Of a DNA stretch of 64,000 nucleotides, positions 27,144-36,129 are shown in pieces. Positions within the stretch are counted from its first letter, which is position 1, and each line of letters begins with the position of its first letter. Under the pieces are notes generated by a model, which worked only from the letters and a program-made list of their open reading frames with translations, had not been told where the DNA came from and ran no database searches. The DNA is taken from positions 5,122 through 69,121 of the forward strand of contig CALWIZ010000007.1 in assembly GCA_944380885.1 (NCBI GenBank). The letters run 5' to 3'. The stretch is from an uncultured Clostridia bacterium (GTDB lineage: Bacteria; Bacillota; Clostridia; Oscillospirales; Acutalibacteraceae). A program made the position numbers and the translations under genes.

Positions 27144-28100
27144 TTACATAATTTCAAAACTGAATATATTGAAATTTTCTGCACCATAAGTCTTTTTCGG
27201 AACAAGTTTCACAGAGTTTACACGCCAGTTAAAATTTATATTTACCAGCCGTTGATGGTTGTTTTTTACTTTATATACATAAGTGTTACAGATGCTATCA
27301 CAGTCAATTATTTCAAATTCTGATATTAGTGTTTTAGGCACCCATTCGAATTCTGGGGTTAACGTGTATCTACATGGCATATTGTGATATTTTCGGTTTA
27401 ATTTACTGTCGAACACAATACGTATAGAAGTTATATCTGTGTCTTGTGCAAGGCTATATTCAATATAATCTCCGCTGTTTCAAATCCAGCAATTTTCTAT
27501 TCCTCTTTCGTATCCGTTGCGAACTATATCGTGATTGCACGAGGCTGAAGAAGATAGAAAAGATACATTTCTTTTTTTATTAGGAATAAAACAATCATCT
27601 TGCATAAGTGTGTTTTGAAGTTCTGAAACATTTAACTTTCGTATGTCTACTTGCTGATTTACAGCTTGTGCAACGGCTGTCCCTAATGCTTGACCTAGAA
27701 TGGAACAAGTAGCCATACTCTTGACGAGCTGAGCGCGGCATGAGTAATACTTATATTGCGACCTGCGAACACAAGATTTTCAATATTTTTTGATATCATA
27801 CACCTAAGCGGAAGCCCCATGGAGACGGAGCAGGATGATATATTATAGTAGGATACCCAATCCTTGTAATTAAAAACCGGCGGGAAAATGGTCGTCCATA
27901 GTCCAGCCTGCGTAAGCAACTACATCTTCGAAATTTCCACTGGACTGAACATCGTTTTGGGTTACGGTATATTCTCCGATATAGCGACAAATTTCTCGTT
28001 TCCCGGGCAGAAATCCAACCCATTCGAGTTCCCGGTTTTCAGCGCCGTGATCTCCTTTGTTTTTCATATGGTCCCATACGCCGTAACGAATTTTTATTAG
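27144..28100 (-). pseudogene. FAD-dependent oxidoreductase remnant (C-terminal two thirds; frameshifted and interrupted)
   Basis: Family-like pieces lie in different frames. GVWDHMKNKGDHGAENRELEWVGFLPGKREICRYIGEYTVTQNDV...[13 protein letters not shown] is in ORF 27870..28388. [34 protein letters not shown] is in 27695..27919. [19 protein letters not shown] is in 27480..27716. An in-frame TGA at 27480-27482 follows, after which the same frame continues NSGDYIEYSLAQDTDITSIRIVFDSKLNRKYHNM... (ORF 27144..27416). Confidence 0.7.
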
Positions 28101-28523
28101 CTCGTCACGACAATGATCTGTATCATGAATACAATCCCAGTTCAGCTTTGCATAGGTATCTTCATATGTATGCCAGACACATTCGGTATGTTCGCGGGAT
28201 AATTTTATCCCTTCTTTGCACTCAAAACCAAAAGTATATTCAGGAATTACATAAGTTTCCCTGCTCCAATATTGGCGATGTTTTTCAGAAATAACCGTAA
28301 CAGGAAGATAGGATAGACTTTTGAGTTCAACCCATTTATCCGACCGCACTCCGCCTTCTTCAAGAGCTTCTCTTTTTGCGGCTTCCAAAGGCGTTTCATT
28401 ATTTTCGCCCTCACCGCCTATGTATTACCATTGTTCAAAATCCGCACGATGAAATACGCAGAATCCCGTTATGTCATCAGTTGTTTGATATGGTATTGCT
28501 AAAATCTGAAACGGTGCGCGCAT
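28101..28523 (-). pseudogene. NUDIX hydrolase remnant fused in frame to the oxidoreductase remnant
   Basis: NUDIX box GGEGENNETPLEAAKREALEEGGV (Gx5Ex7REUxEExGU). The ATG 28523-28521 frame (MRAPFQILAIPYQTTDDITGFCVFHRADLNNGNT*) is shifted relative to the box frame. The box frame is itself closed by TAA at 28426-28428, at the position where homologues have Q (...EQW*YIGGEGE). Confidence 0.65.
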
Positions 28524-28829
28524 TTATGCTCCGCCTTCAAATTTAATTTTACGGTCATTTTTCGTTATTTTACTATAAAAAAATTATAACATATTGCGTA
28601 GTTTGGCACAACAAACAATAATTTTTATATTAAAAGAATTTTTACCTGATTTTAAATTATGGGGTTTACAGTGTGTGCTGAACGTTTTTATGCATTATTT
28701 TTTTGTGAACTCTCTGTATTTTAGAAACTTATTGCCCGAAAACGCATAAACAAAGCCTTAACAGCACGGCGATACACCGTGCTGCTTATTTATTCATCTG
28801 AAATCACGATTATTATTACTATACAAAAC

Positions 28830-28866
28830 CTCGGCTAAAATGTAAAATATTGTGATTTTAGCCGAG
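28830..28866. repeat. perfect 12-bp inverted repeat (CTCGGCTAAAAT-13 nt-ATTTTAGCCGAG) just upstream of a promoter
   Basis: Arms at 28830-28841 and 28855-28866, followed by TCTTTTG and then the -35 box. It could be a terminator for upstream remnants or an operator. Confidence 0.4.
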
Positions 28867-28873
28867 TCTTTTG

Positions 28874-28902
28874 TTGACGCGCGGAGCATAATAATATATA
28901 AT
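28874..28902 (+). promoter_or_regulatory. near-consensus sigma-A promoter (TTGACG-17-TATAAT)
   Basis: TTGACG at 28874-28879, 17-nt spacer, TATAAT at 28897-28902, about 35 nt upstream of ATG 28937. Confidence 0.6.
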
Positions 28903-28936
28903 GTAAACGAGATATTATACTCTGACGAGGTGTATT

Positions 28937-30166
28937 ATGAGCTATATTAATCGACATATGGAACAGCGCATAACCGAACTTTCAAAAACATGGCCGGCAA
29001 TTCTGCTTACCGGTCCGCGTCAGTCCGGCAAAACCACTATGCTTAAAAACCTTGCAGAAAAGGAAAATATCGGCCGTGAATACATTTCCCTTGATGATTT
29101 AACCGTAAGAGAAATGGCAAAAAACGACCCTAAAATGTTCCTGCAGCTGCACAAACCGCCGATTATTATCGACGAGGTTCAGTACGCTCCGGAGTTGTTC
29201 ACTTATATAAAAATTCATGTGGATACACATCATAACCCCGGTGATTTCTGGTTGACCGGTTCGCAGGTTTTCAGTCTGATGAAAGGTGTTCAGGAGTCGC
29301 TTGCCGGTCGTGTTGCGCTTCTGCATATGTCGCCCCTGTCTCAAAGAGAAATTATCGGTGCGGTGCCACGTCCCTTTACTACCGACTTCGATACATTAGC
29401 AGAGGACAGCAAAAACATTCAGGCTCTTACCGCCCCTCAGATGTACGCGCGTATATGGAACGGCTGTATGCCCGGTCTTGCAAGCGGAGAATATAGCGAC
29501 AGAAATATGTTCTACTCTTCTTATTTATCCACCTACATCGAGCGTGACGTCCGCGAACTTTCCGGAGCTATTGACGCCCTGAAGTTCTCAAGATTTATCA
29601 CAGCGGTCGCTGCCCGTGCATCACAGCTTGTGAACTATAAAGCGATGGCTGACGATGCGGATATCGATCAGAACACTGCAAAGGCGTGGCTTCAGATACT
29701 TGAGACGCTGGGAATTATCTTTCTTCTGCATCCGTATTCCAATAATGTTTTAAAACGCACAATCAAAACACCGAAACTATATTTTTATGATACTGGTTTT
29801 GTCTGCTATCTTACAAAATGGTCATCGCCCGAGGTTGCAGAAAGCGGAGCTATGAGCGGGGCATTGCTTGAAAACTTTGCCGTATCCGAAATTATGAAAA
29901 GTTATCAGAATGCAGGCAAAGAACCGTATCTCAACTATTATCGCGACCGTGATGCGAGAGAAATTGACGTTATTATCGAAGGTGACGGCAAACTGTGTCC
30001 GCTGGAGATAAAGAAAACAGCCAATCCTGACAAGAGAATCACAAAGGCATTCAAGCTTATTGATAAATCGCCTCTTATGCTCGGCACATCCGCTGTGCTC
30101 TGTATGAGCGACCGCCTTTCTGCCTTCGACAAAGATAATCTCATAGTCCCGATATGGATGATATGA
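28937..30166 (+). CDS. AAA+ ATPase of the AAA_14/DUF4143 type
   Basis: Walker A GPRQSGKTT, Walker B-like PPIIIDEVQY. 409 aa with the characteristic C-terminal region ...YFYDTGFVCYL...YYRDRDAREIDVII. Confidence 0.8.
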   Translation: MSYINRHMEQRITELSKTWPAILLTGPRQSGKTTMLKNLAEKENIGREYISLDDLTVREMAKNDPKMFLQLHKPPIIIDEVQYAPELFTYIKIHVDTHHNPGDFWLTGSQVFSLMKGVQESLAGRVALLHMSPLSQREIIGAVPRPFTTDFDTLAEDSKNIQALTAPQMYARIWNGCMPGLASGEYSDRNMFYSSYLSTYIERDVRELSGAIDALKFSRFITAVAARASQLVNYKAMADDADIDQNTAKAWLQILETLGIIFLLHPYSNNVLKRTIKTPKLYFYDTGFVCYLTKWSSPEVAESGAMSGALLENFAVSEIMKSYQNAGKEPYLNYYRDRDAREIDVIIEGDGKLCPLEIKKTANPDKRITKAFKLIDKSPLMLGTSAVLCMSDRLSAFDKDNLIVPIWMI

Positions 30167-30311
30167 AGGAGTAAAAAAACAACGATTATAAAAACTTTAA
30201 AATGTCTAGAAAATTATGTCATTTAAGGAAAACGGGAATATTTTTGATAAGTAATTTACTCCCTTTAATTTTCATTAAGCGCTGATTTTACAAATCGGAT
30301 ATATAGACAAG

Positions 30312-30689
30312 TTGCTTATTAGGGATTTTTCTGCGGATTCGGTGCTTTGGGGAATTGATGGCGATTGGATGGTAAATTTCTATCCCAAAGGCAATCAATT
30401 TTATCCTACCGACCATTGCGGTGTGCTGAGAGTGCTGACAGATAAAGTTCATCCTCGATATATGGCAAGAATTCTTGAAACCGAAGGCAAAAATATGAAT
30501 TTTTCCCGCACCTATCGTGCGTCAATTGATAGAATCGAGGGTATCTCTTTTAGTGTTCCTTCATTTGACGTTCAGGAAAAAGCTATGAAGCAGGTAGTAG
30601 AATTAGAAGCAAAAATTTATGAATTGGAAAGAAAATTAGAGACTTTTGAGGGCAAAAAGGCGGAGATTTTAGCATCTTTTCTTAATTGA
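30312..30689 (+). pseudogene. orphan fragment resembling the C-terminal TRD/conserved helix of a restriction-modification specificity (HsdS-like) subunit
   Basis: 125 codons opening with TTG and no convincing RBS. The tail ...RASIDRIEGISFSVPSFDVQEKAMKQVVELEAKIYELERKLETFEGKKAEIL has the (I/L)P(L/S)xxEQ plus coiled-coil look of HsdS ends. No hsdM or hsdR lies nearby. Confidence 0.4.
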
Positions 30690-30840
30690 CAAATAAAAAT
30701 TTGGAGTCAATTTATGAAAAAGCACTCTGTAAAGCGATAAGACTTCGGCAATAAACATAATTCGGCGTTTTAGAGCATACAATTAAATAGTCACCGGGCG
30801 CACTAAAACAAGGATGGGCGCCCGCAGGGGAGTTGATTGT

Positions 30841-31104
30841 ATGAAAGAGCCGGCACAGGATAGGGCGGAGATACTCGGAGAATACATACTTGATACCGGA
30901 GCTACCGTGAGAGCGACCGCAAAGGTTTTTAAAATCAGCAAATCCACCGTACATAAAGATGTTACCGAGCGTCTCTGCCACGAAAATCCGCAGCTTTACA
31001 GGCAGGTAAAGCAGGTACTTGAGAAAAATAAGCAGGAGAGACATATACGCGGCGGAATGGCAACCAAGCGTAAGTACAAGGGTGAGGAGATAAAAAGTCT
31101 TTGA
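30841..31104 (+). CDS. spoIIID: sporulation transcriptional regulator SpoIIID
   Basis: Start at ATG 30841 after GGGGAG. TVRATAKVFKISKSTVHKDVTERL...ERHIRGGMATKRKYK matches the highly conserved SpoIIID HTH and basic tail. Confidence 0.9.
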   Translation: MKEPAQDRAEILGEYILDTGATVRATAKVFKISKSTVHKDVTERLCHENPQLYRQVKQVLEKNKQERHIRGGMATKRKYKGEEIKSL

Positions 31105-31127
31105 CGCGCTGTTTTTTGCGGCGGCGC

Positions 31128-31156
31128 TTGACAAGGGAATAACAAAGTGATATAAT
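31128..31156 (+). promoter_or_regulatory. consensus sigma-A promoter (TTGACA-17-TATAAT) driving the TPP riboswitch
   Basis: TTGACA at 31128-31133 and TATAAT at 31151-31156. Confidence 0.7.
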
Positions 31157-31164
31157 CATTTTGC

Positions 31165-31263
31165 AATTCAGGGAGCTTGATGAAACTCAGGCTGAGAGGG
31201 AGTCCGTCTTTTGACTATGGCTCCGACCTGCGACCTGATACGGATAATGCCGTCGTAGGGAAA
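31165..31263 (+). promoter_or_regulatory. TPP (thiamine pyrophosphate) riboswitch aptamer
   Basis: Conserved cores ...GGGAGC...CTGAGAGGG... and ...ACCTGATACGGATAATGCCGTCGTAGGGA. It is followed by its own terminator and then thiT. Confidence 0.85.
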
Positions 31264-31279
31264 TACACAAAATGTATTG

Positions 31280-31308
31280 CCGCGGGCATTTCTGCCCGCG
31301 GTTTTTTT
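31280..31308 (+). terminator. riboswitch expression-platform terminator
   Basis: CCGCGGGCA-TTTC-TGCCCGCGG followed by TTTTTTT. Confidence 0.8.
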
Positions 31309-31370
31309 ATTCGCCGGGGAATTGCAGAAAATAAAAATGCCGGTTTGATCCGGCGAAGGAGAGTAAAAAA

Positions 31371-31955
31371 ATGGAAATGAAAAACAAACCTGTTTACAAA
31401 CTTGCTTTAAGCGCTATATTTGTGGCGCTCGCTACCGGACTCAGCTTTATTAAGATATGGGAAATGCCGCTCGGCGGCTCAATAACGCTTCTCAGCATGC
31501 TTCCTATCGTTATGATATCTATTATGCTGGGACTTAAATGGGGAATAGGCAGCGCGTTCGTTTATTCGCTTATCCAGCTTATGTTCGGTATATCTGAGGT
31601 GCTTAGCTGGGGTCTTACGCCTGTAATGCTTGTCGGCACAATGCTGCTCGATTACATACTTCCCTTTACGGTTCTCGGCGTGGCGGGAGCGTTTGTAAAA
31701 AAAGGCTACGCGGGAATCTGCGCCGGCGTTGTTCTTGCACTCGGACTGAGATTTTTAAGCCATTTTCTGTCAGGTGTTATTATTTTCCGGAATCTTGAGC
31801 AGTTTAAACTTTTCGGAACACTTTTTGCCAACCGTCCGTATCTTTATTCCTTCTGCTACAACGGATTTTATATGATTCCGGAAATAATCATCACCACAAT
31901 AGCTGCTGTAATTCTTTTCCGTATGTCTTCGGTCAAGAAGCTGATGGCGCAGTAA
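31371..31955 (+). CDS. thiT: ECF-type thiamine transporter S component ThiT
   Basis: 194 aa, 6 TM. N-terminus KLALSAIFVALATGLSFIKIWEMPLGGSITLLSMLPI. RBS AAGGAGAG. Sits downstream of the TPP riboswitch. Confidence 0.8.
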   Translation: MEMKNKPVYKLALSAIFVALATGLSFIKIWEMPLGGSITLLSMLPIVMISIMLGLKWGIGSAFVYSLIQLMFGISEVLSWGLTPVMLVGTMLLDYILPFTVLGVAGAFVKKGYAGICAGVVLALGLRFLSHFLSGVIIFRNLEQFKLFGTLFANRPYLYSFCYNGFYMIPEIIITTIAAVILFRMSSVKKLMAQ

Positions 31956-31971
31956 TTTCATACAATTTAAA

Positions 31972-32005
31972 ACCGCCGGAGTTTTTTACCTCCGGCGGTT
32001 CTTTA
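31972..32005. terminator. bidirectional terminator between thiT (+) and the MBL hydrolase gene (-)
   Basis: ACCGCCGGAG-8 nt-CTCCGGCGGT with A/T runs on both sides. It abuts the stop codon at 32003-32005. Confidence 0.7.
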
Positions 32006-32881
32006 TGCTTTTTTCCAGTAAAGCCTGTTGTCTTTGAAATCTGCTGTAAGCTCGCCTTTGTCGTAAAGATAAGAAAGATAAGAGCGCACCGTGCTGCCTA
32101 TAACGGCGTTCTGAACAAAATTCATTACAATCGAGTACCGTTCAAAAATACCGGCAATCACATCTTCGCAGGTTGAGGGTGAAGCGCATAAATCAAGTAC
32201 TGCACTGCAGATTTCAAGCGTTACCTCTTTATTAAGTAGGGCGAGCGGCTTTATGTCCTCCTGCGGCAACGCGTGCGACGGGATAAACAGACTTCCTTCG
32301 AGATTTTTAAGCCGTTCGAGGCTCTCAAGGTGCTTTCCGGGGTCGTACAGAAAGCTGACGCGGTATTTTTCAAGAATATTCTCCCCTACGGCTGCGTCGC
32401 CTAAAAACCAGACGCCGTCCGGCGTGCCGACCGCCGCCATTGCAAAAGAATGACCATCGAACCGCTTTATCTCAAGCCCTTCGGGAAGAACGGCGGTCTC
32501 AAGCGGCTTTGCGCTGCTGCCTGAGGCGTAAAGAAATTTTGTTTTTATTCCGTCAAAAGGTCTTCCGCCAAATAGAAAAGACGGCTCAAGCACAGGATAT
32601 TCAGTATAGCAGCAGTCCTCGCCCGGGGCATAAATTTCACAGCCGGTACGCTCCTCAAGCAGGTGATTGCCGCCTATATGGTCGGCATGCGAATGGGTGT
32701 TTATTATCATTTTAAGATTAAGTCCGTTATCATCAAGCAGCCTGAGCGCCTTTTTGCCGGCATCCTTGTCGTTGCCGCTGTCGATAAGGCAGACGTCGCG
32801 GTCATTTATAAGGTATACGCCCATATTGGTGGGGCTGTCAATGTAAAATGTGCGTTCTCCGACTTTGTTCAGTGAGTACAT
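32003..32881 (-). CDS. MBL-fold metallo-hydrolase
   Basis: HxHxDH motif INTHSHADHIGG. 292 aa. RBS GGAGGA. Confidence 0.85.
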   Translation of the reverse strand: MYSLNKVGERTFYIDSPTNMGVYLINDRDVCLIDSGNDKDAGKKALRLLDDNGLNLKMIINTHSHADHIGGNHLLEERTGCEIYAPGEDCCYTEYPVLEPSFLFGGRPFDGIKTKFLYASGSSAKPLETAVLPEGLEIKRFDGHSFAMAAVGTPDGVWFLGDAAVGENILEKYRVSFLYDPGKHLESLERLKNLEGSLFIPSHALPQEDIKPLALLNKEVTLEICSAVLDLCASPSTCEDVIAGIFERYSIVMNFVQNAVIGSTVRSYLSYLYDKGELTADFKDNRLYWKKA

Positions 32882-33011
32882 AATATAATCCTCCGTTTAT
32901 TCAGGAGTATATCACATGGTAAGATTTTTTGCAAGCGCATTTTGGTTGTTTTCCCGTAAATTGACACTTGTTTTTTGTGCGGTTTTATGGTAGAATGGCG
33001 GGAAGAAAGAG

Positions 33012-33458
33012 GTGAAGCGCGTGAAGTTTATCTTCGGAAGCTTTAAACGCGCCTTTTTTAACAAAAAATTTATCGGCTTCTGCCTTATAGGAATAATAAA
33101 TACTTTCAACACGGCGTTTTTCTCATGGCTCGCTCATCTTAGGCTTCAGGAAAACATTTCGGCTTATATAGGATATTTTGTATCGCTTTCGGTAAATTAT
33201 GTCCTCAACAGCCTGATTGTTTTCAAAAACAGACTGGGAATAAGGCGTTACTTAAGATTTCTGCTTTCATATATACCGAATTTTATTATATATACTCTGG
33301 TGACAGTGCTTACTATAAACGTCTACAATATAGACCAGTTCTGGGCGACCGTGCTTGCCACAATGGCCGGCGCTCCTATAACATTTGTCATAATAAAGCT
33401 CTATGCTTTCGGCAAGGTTAAGGGTGAGAAATCAGGTGTGCGGAAAAATTTTTTGTAA
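33012..33458 (+). CDS. GtrA-family membrane protein
   Basis: 148 aa, 4 TM, N-terminal FIGFCLIGIINTFNTAFFSWL pattern. GTG start after AAAGAGG. Confidence 0.75.
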   Translation: MKRVKFIFGSFKRAFFNKKFIGFCLIGIINTFNTAFFSWLAHLRLQENISAYIGYFVSLSVNYVLNSLIVFKNRLGIRRYLRFLLSYIPNFIIYTLVTVLTINVYNIDQFWATVLATMAGAPITFVIIKLYAFGKVKGEKSGVRKNFL

Positions 33459-33473
33459 AAAAGGAAAAAAATG

Positions 33474-33502
33474 TTGACATAATAAAAAAGCGGTGTTATA
33501 CT
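33474..33502 (+). promoter_or_regulatory. sigma-A promoter (TTGACA-17-TATACT) for T-box leader 1
   Basis: TTGACA at 33474-33479 and TATACT at 33497-33502. Confidence 0.65.
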
Positions 33503-33508
33503 ATTTGA

Positions 33509-33783
33509 AAATGATAAAGGCATTGACGAAGACGGTCCGGAATGACTGCTTTAAGAGAGCCGGTGGTTGGTGTGAACCGGCAGTACGTATTCCAGAGTGA
33601 CCCATCGCTTCCGAGCCGGAGCACTGAATTCGCAAGACAGTAGGTTCTCCCGTGATTGCTGCGTAAAGGCATAGGGATTGTTGGATCCCAAGAGGTGGCG
33701 GCTTTCATGCCGCAATTTGAGTGGTACCGCGGATGTATTTTCACACCCGTCTCAAGGATTTCTTGAGACGGGTGTTTTTATTT
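33509..33783 (+). promoter_or_regulatory. T-box riboswitch leader 1 (inferred specifier AUC, Ile)
   Basis: GA/K-turn TTGACGAAGA paired with CTTCCGAGCC. AG bulge AAGAGAG. Distal loop GGTTGGTGTGAA. T-box sequence AATTTGAGTGGTACCGCGG at 33713-33731. Terminator CACCCGTCTCAAG-5 nt-CTTGAGACGGGTG plus TTTTT at 33744-33779. Candidate specifier ATC at 33604-33606, followed by G and then the CTTC strand of the basal helix. Confidence 0.8.
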
Positions 33784-33803
33784 CACAAAGGAGGCTTTTA
33801 AAA

Positions 33804-36074
33804 ATGGCAACAGTATCAACCGACAGTCAGCTTAAAGAGGTTGCGGTGAGAATCCGCGAAATGCGTGAGATATGCGGCATTTCCGAGGCCGATATGGCGC
33901 AGAAGACGGAGGTAAGCGTAGAAGAATACAGACTTTACGAGGAAGGAAAAAAGGATTTTCCTTTCACCTTTATACATAAATGCTCGCTGGCGTTCGGCAT
34001 AGGCATTACCGACCTGCTTGAAGGACAGAGCGCTCATCTTTCTTCCTACACTGTTACCCGCAAGGGTCATGGACAGCAGACCGCCAAAGAGGACGGAATA
34101 GAAATACAGAACTTAGCCCCGCTTTTCAGAAAAAAGATAGCCGAGCCGTACTGGGTAAGATATGAGTATCATTCCGAGCTTCAGGATAAGCCGATACATC
34201 TTACAAATCATTCCGGTCAGGAGTTCGACTTTGTAATGAGCGGCAGGCTCAAGGTTCAGATAGGTGAAAATGTTGAGTATCTGAGCGAGGGAGACAGTAT
34301 CTATTACAACTCTTCCACGCCTCACGGAATGATAGCCGTTGACGGCAGGGACTGCCTGTTTGTTGCTGTGGTGCTCCCCGGTGAGGACGTAAAGGAGGAC
34401 ATAATCCGCGGAACGATAGTTTCGGCTCATTCGGGAACAAAGGAATATGTTTCCTCAAAGTTCATCGATACGGTTGAGGACGAGAACGGCGTGCTTCAGA
34501 AGATAGACTTCAAAAATGAGGATAAGTTCAATTTTGCTTTTGACATTGTCGATGCGATAGCCAAAAAGGAACCCGACAAGCTGGCGATGCTCCATATAGA
34601 TAAAAACAAGACTGAGCGCAGATTTACCTTTAACGATATGAAGCGTGCCTCCAACCAGTGTGCCAACTATTTCAAGTCGCTTGGCATAAAGAAGGGCGAC
34701 AGGGTAATGCTGGTACTTAAAAGGCACTATCAGTTCTGGTACGCAATACTGGCGCTTCACAAGCTCGGAGCGATAGCGATACCCGCTACCAACCTTCTGC
34801 AGCAGCACGACTTTGAGTACCGCTTCAACGCGGCGGACGTAAGCGCCATAGTCTGCACCGCCGACGGGGACGCAGCGCATCAGGTGGATCTGGCGGAGCC
34901 TTCAAGCCCGACGCTTAAGACCAAGATACTCGTAGGCGGCAAGCGTGACGGCTGGCACGACTTTGACGAGGAGTTTCCGCTGTTCAGCGCGCATTTCTAC
35001 CGCACCGAGGACACCGCCTGCGGCGACGACCTTATGCTTATGTTCTTTACATCAGGAACCACGGGATACCCGAAGATAGCCGCCCACAGCTACAAATACG
35101 CGCTCGGACACTACATAACCGCCAAATACTGGCACGGTGTTGACGAAAACGGATTGCACTTTACAATATCCGAGACCGGCTGGGGCAAGGCGCTCTGGGG
35201 CAAGCTGTACGGTCAGTGGCTCTGCGAGGGCGCGGTATTCACCTACGACTTTGACCGCTTTGACGCGTCGGATATACTCCCTATGTTTGCGAAATACAAC
35301 ATCACAACCTTCTGCGCTCCGCCGACAATGCTGCGCATGATGATAAAGGAGGACATATCAAAGTACGACCTTTCGTCGATAAAGCATATGACCACAGCAG
35401 GCGAGGCGCTTAACCCGGAGGTTTACAGGCAGTTTGAAAAGGCGACCGGCCTTCAGATAATGGAGGGCTTCGGTCAGACCGAGCTGACGCTCGTTATTGC
35501 AAACCTTATGGGTAATCCCCACAAACTCGGATCGATGGGTATGCCTACCCCGCTTTACGATGTCGATATACTTGATCCTGACGGAAATCCGGTACCTGAC
35601 GGCGAGACCGGCGAAATAGTTGTAAAGACCTCAGAGAAAGTTCCCTGCGGCCTATTCAAGGGCTATTACAAGAACGAGGAAAAGACAAAAGAGGTATGGC
35701 ACGACGGTTATTATCACACCGGAGATACCGCGTGGAGAGACGAGGACGGCTTTTACTGGTATGTCGGCCGTGTGGACGATGTTATTAAGTCATCGGGCTA
35801 CCGCATAGGGCCGTTCGAGATAGAGAGCGTAATAATGGAGCTTCCTTATGTGCTTGAGTGCGGAGTTTCCGCTGCGCCCGACGAGATACGCGGTCAGGTG
35901 GTAAAGGCGAGTATCGTGCTTGTAAAGGGCACCGAGGGTACGGAAGAGCTTAAAAAGGAAATCCAGAACTATGTAAAGCAGCACACCGCGCCTTACAAGT
36001 ATCCGAGGATAGTAGAGTTCAAGACTGAGCTGCCTAAGACCATAAGCGGAAAGATCCAGCGTAATAAGCTGTAA
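33804..36074 (+). CDS. tri-domain fusion: XRE-type HTH + cupin + AMP-forming (medium/short-chain) acyl-CoA synthetase, paralog 1
   Basis: Start at ATG 33804 after AAAGGAGG; the track start 33678 lies inside the T-box leader. HTH: LKEVAVRIREMREICGISEADMAQKTEVSVEEYRLYEEG. Cupin: HSGQEFDFVMSGRLKVQIGE...GDSIYYNSSTPHGM. Adenylation motifs MFFTSGTTGYPK, YHTGDTAW, SGYRIGPFEIES, and the C-terminal PKTISGKIQR. Confidence 0.85.
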   Translation: MATVSTDSQLKEVAVRIREMREICGISEADMAQKTEVSVEEYRLYEEGKKDFPFTFIHKCSLAFGIGITDLLEGQSAHLSSYTVTRKGHGQQTAKEDGIEIQNLAPLFRKKIAEPYWVRYEYHSELQDKPIHLTNHSGQEFDFVMSGRLKVQIGENVEYLSEGDSIYYNSSTPHGMIAVDGRDCLFVAVVLPGEDVKEDIIRGTIVSAHSGTKEYVSSKFIDTVEDENGVLQKIDFKNEDKFNFAFDIVDAIAKKEPDKLAMLHIDKNKTERRFTFNDMKRASNQCANYFKSLGIKKGDRVMLVLKRHYQFWYAILALHKLGAIAIPATNLLQQHDFEYRFNAADVSAIVCTADGDAAHQVDLAEPSSPTLKTKILVGGKRDGWHDFDEEFPLFSAHFYRTEDTACGDDLMLMFFTSGTTGYPKIAAHSYKYALGHYITAKYWHGVDENGLHFTISETGWGKALWGKLYGQWLCEGAVFTYDFDRFDASDILPMFAKYNITTFCAPPTMLRMMIKEDISKYDLSSIKHMTTAGEALNPEVYRQFEKATGLQIMEGFGQTELTLVIANLMGNPHKLGSMGMPTPLYDVDILDPDGNPVPDGETGEIVVKTSEKVPCGLFKGYYKNEEKTKEVWHDGYYHTGDTAWRDEDGFYWYVGRVDDVIKSSGYRIGPFEIESVIMELPYVLECGVSAAPDEIRGQVVKASIVLVKGTEGTEELKKEIQNYVKQHTAPYKYPRIVEFKTELPKTISGKIQRNKL

Positions 36075-36094
36075 AAGTATTTTATTTAAAAATA

Positions 36095-36123
36095 TTGACA
36101 AATTCCTTTTGTTGTGATAAGAT
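36095..36123 (+). promoter_or_regulatory. sigma-A promoter (TTGACA-17-TAAGAT) for T-box leader 2
   Basis: TTGACA at 36095-36100 and TAAGAT at 36118-36123, beginning 21 nt after the paralog-1 stop. Confidence 0.55.
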
Positions 36124-36129
36124 GTATTA

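Noticed and set aside
27480-27482. The in-frame TGA in the oxidoreductase remnant could be selenocysteine or programmed read-through.
   Set aside because: The same gene has several frameshifts and has lost its N-terminus. I saw no SECIS-like hairpin immediately downstream. Simple decay is the economical reading.
30712-31159. Minus-strand ORFs 30712..31134 (140 aa) and 30962..31159 opposite spoIIID.
   Set aside because: They are antisense to the unmistakable SpoIIID coding sequence and have no motifs or RBS.
31177-31380. 67-aa + strand ORF between spoIIID and thiT.
   Set aside because: It is made entirely of the TPP riboswitch aptamer and its terminator. The translation is Arg-rich nonsense with no RBS.
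33678-33803. The track ORF for synthetase paralog 1 starts 42 codons upstream at 33678.
   Set aside because: That extension covers the T-box sequence and terminator of leader 1 and has no RBS. ATG 33804 follows AAAGGAGG and aligns with the start of paralog 2.
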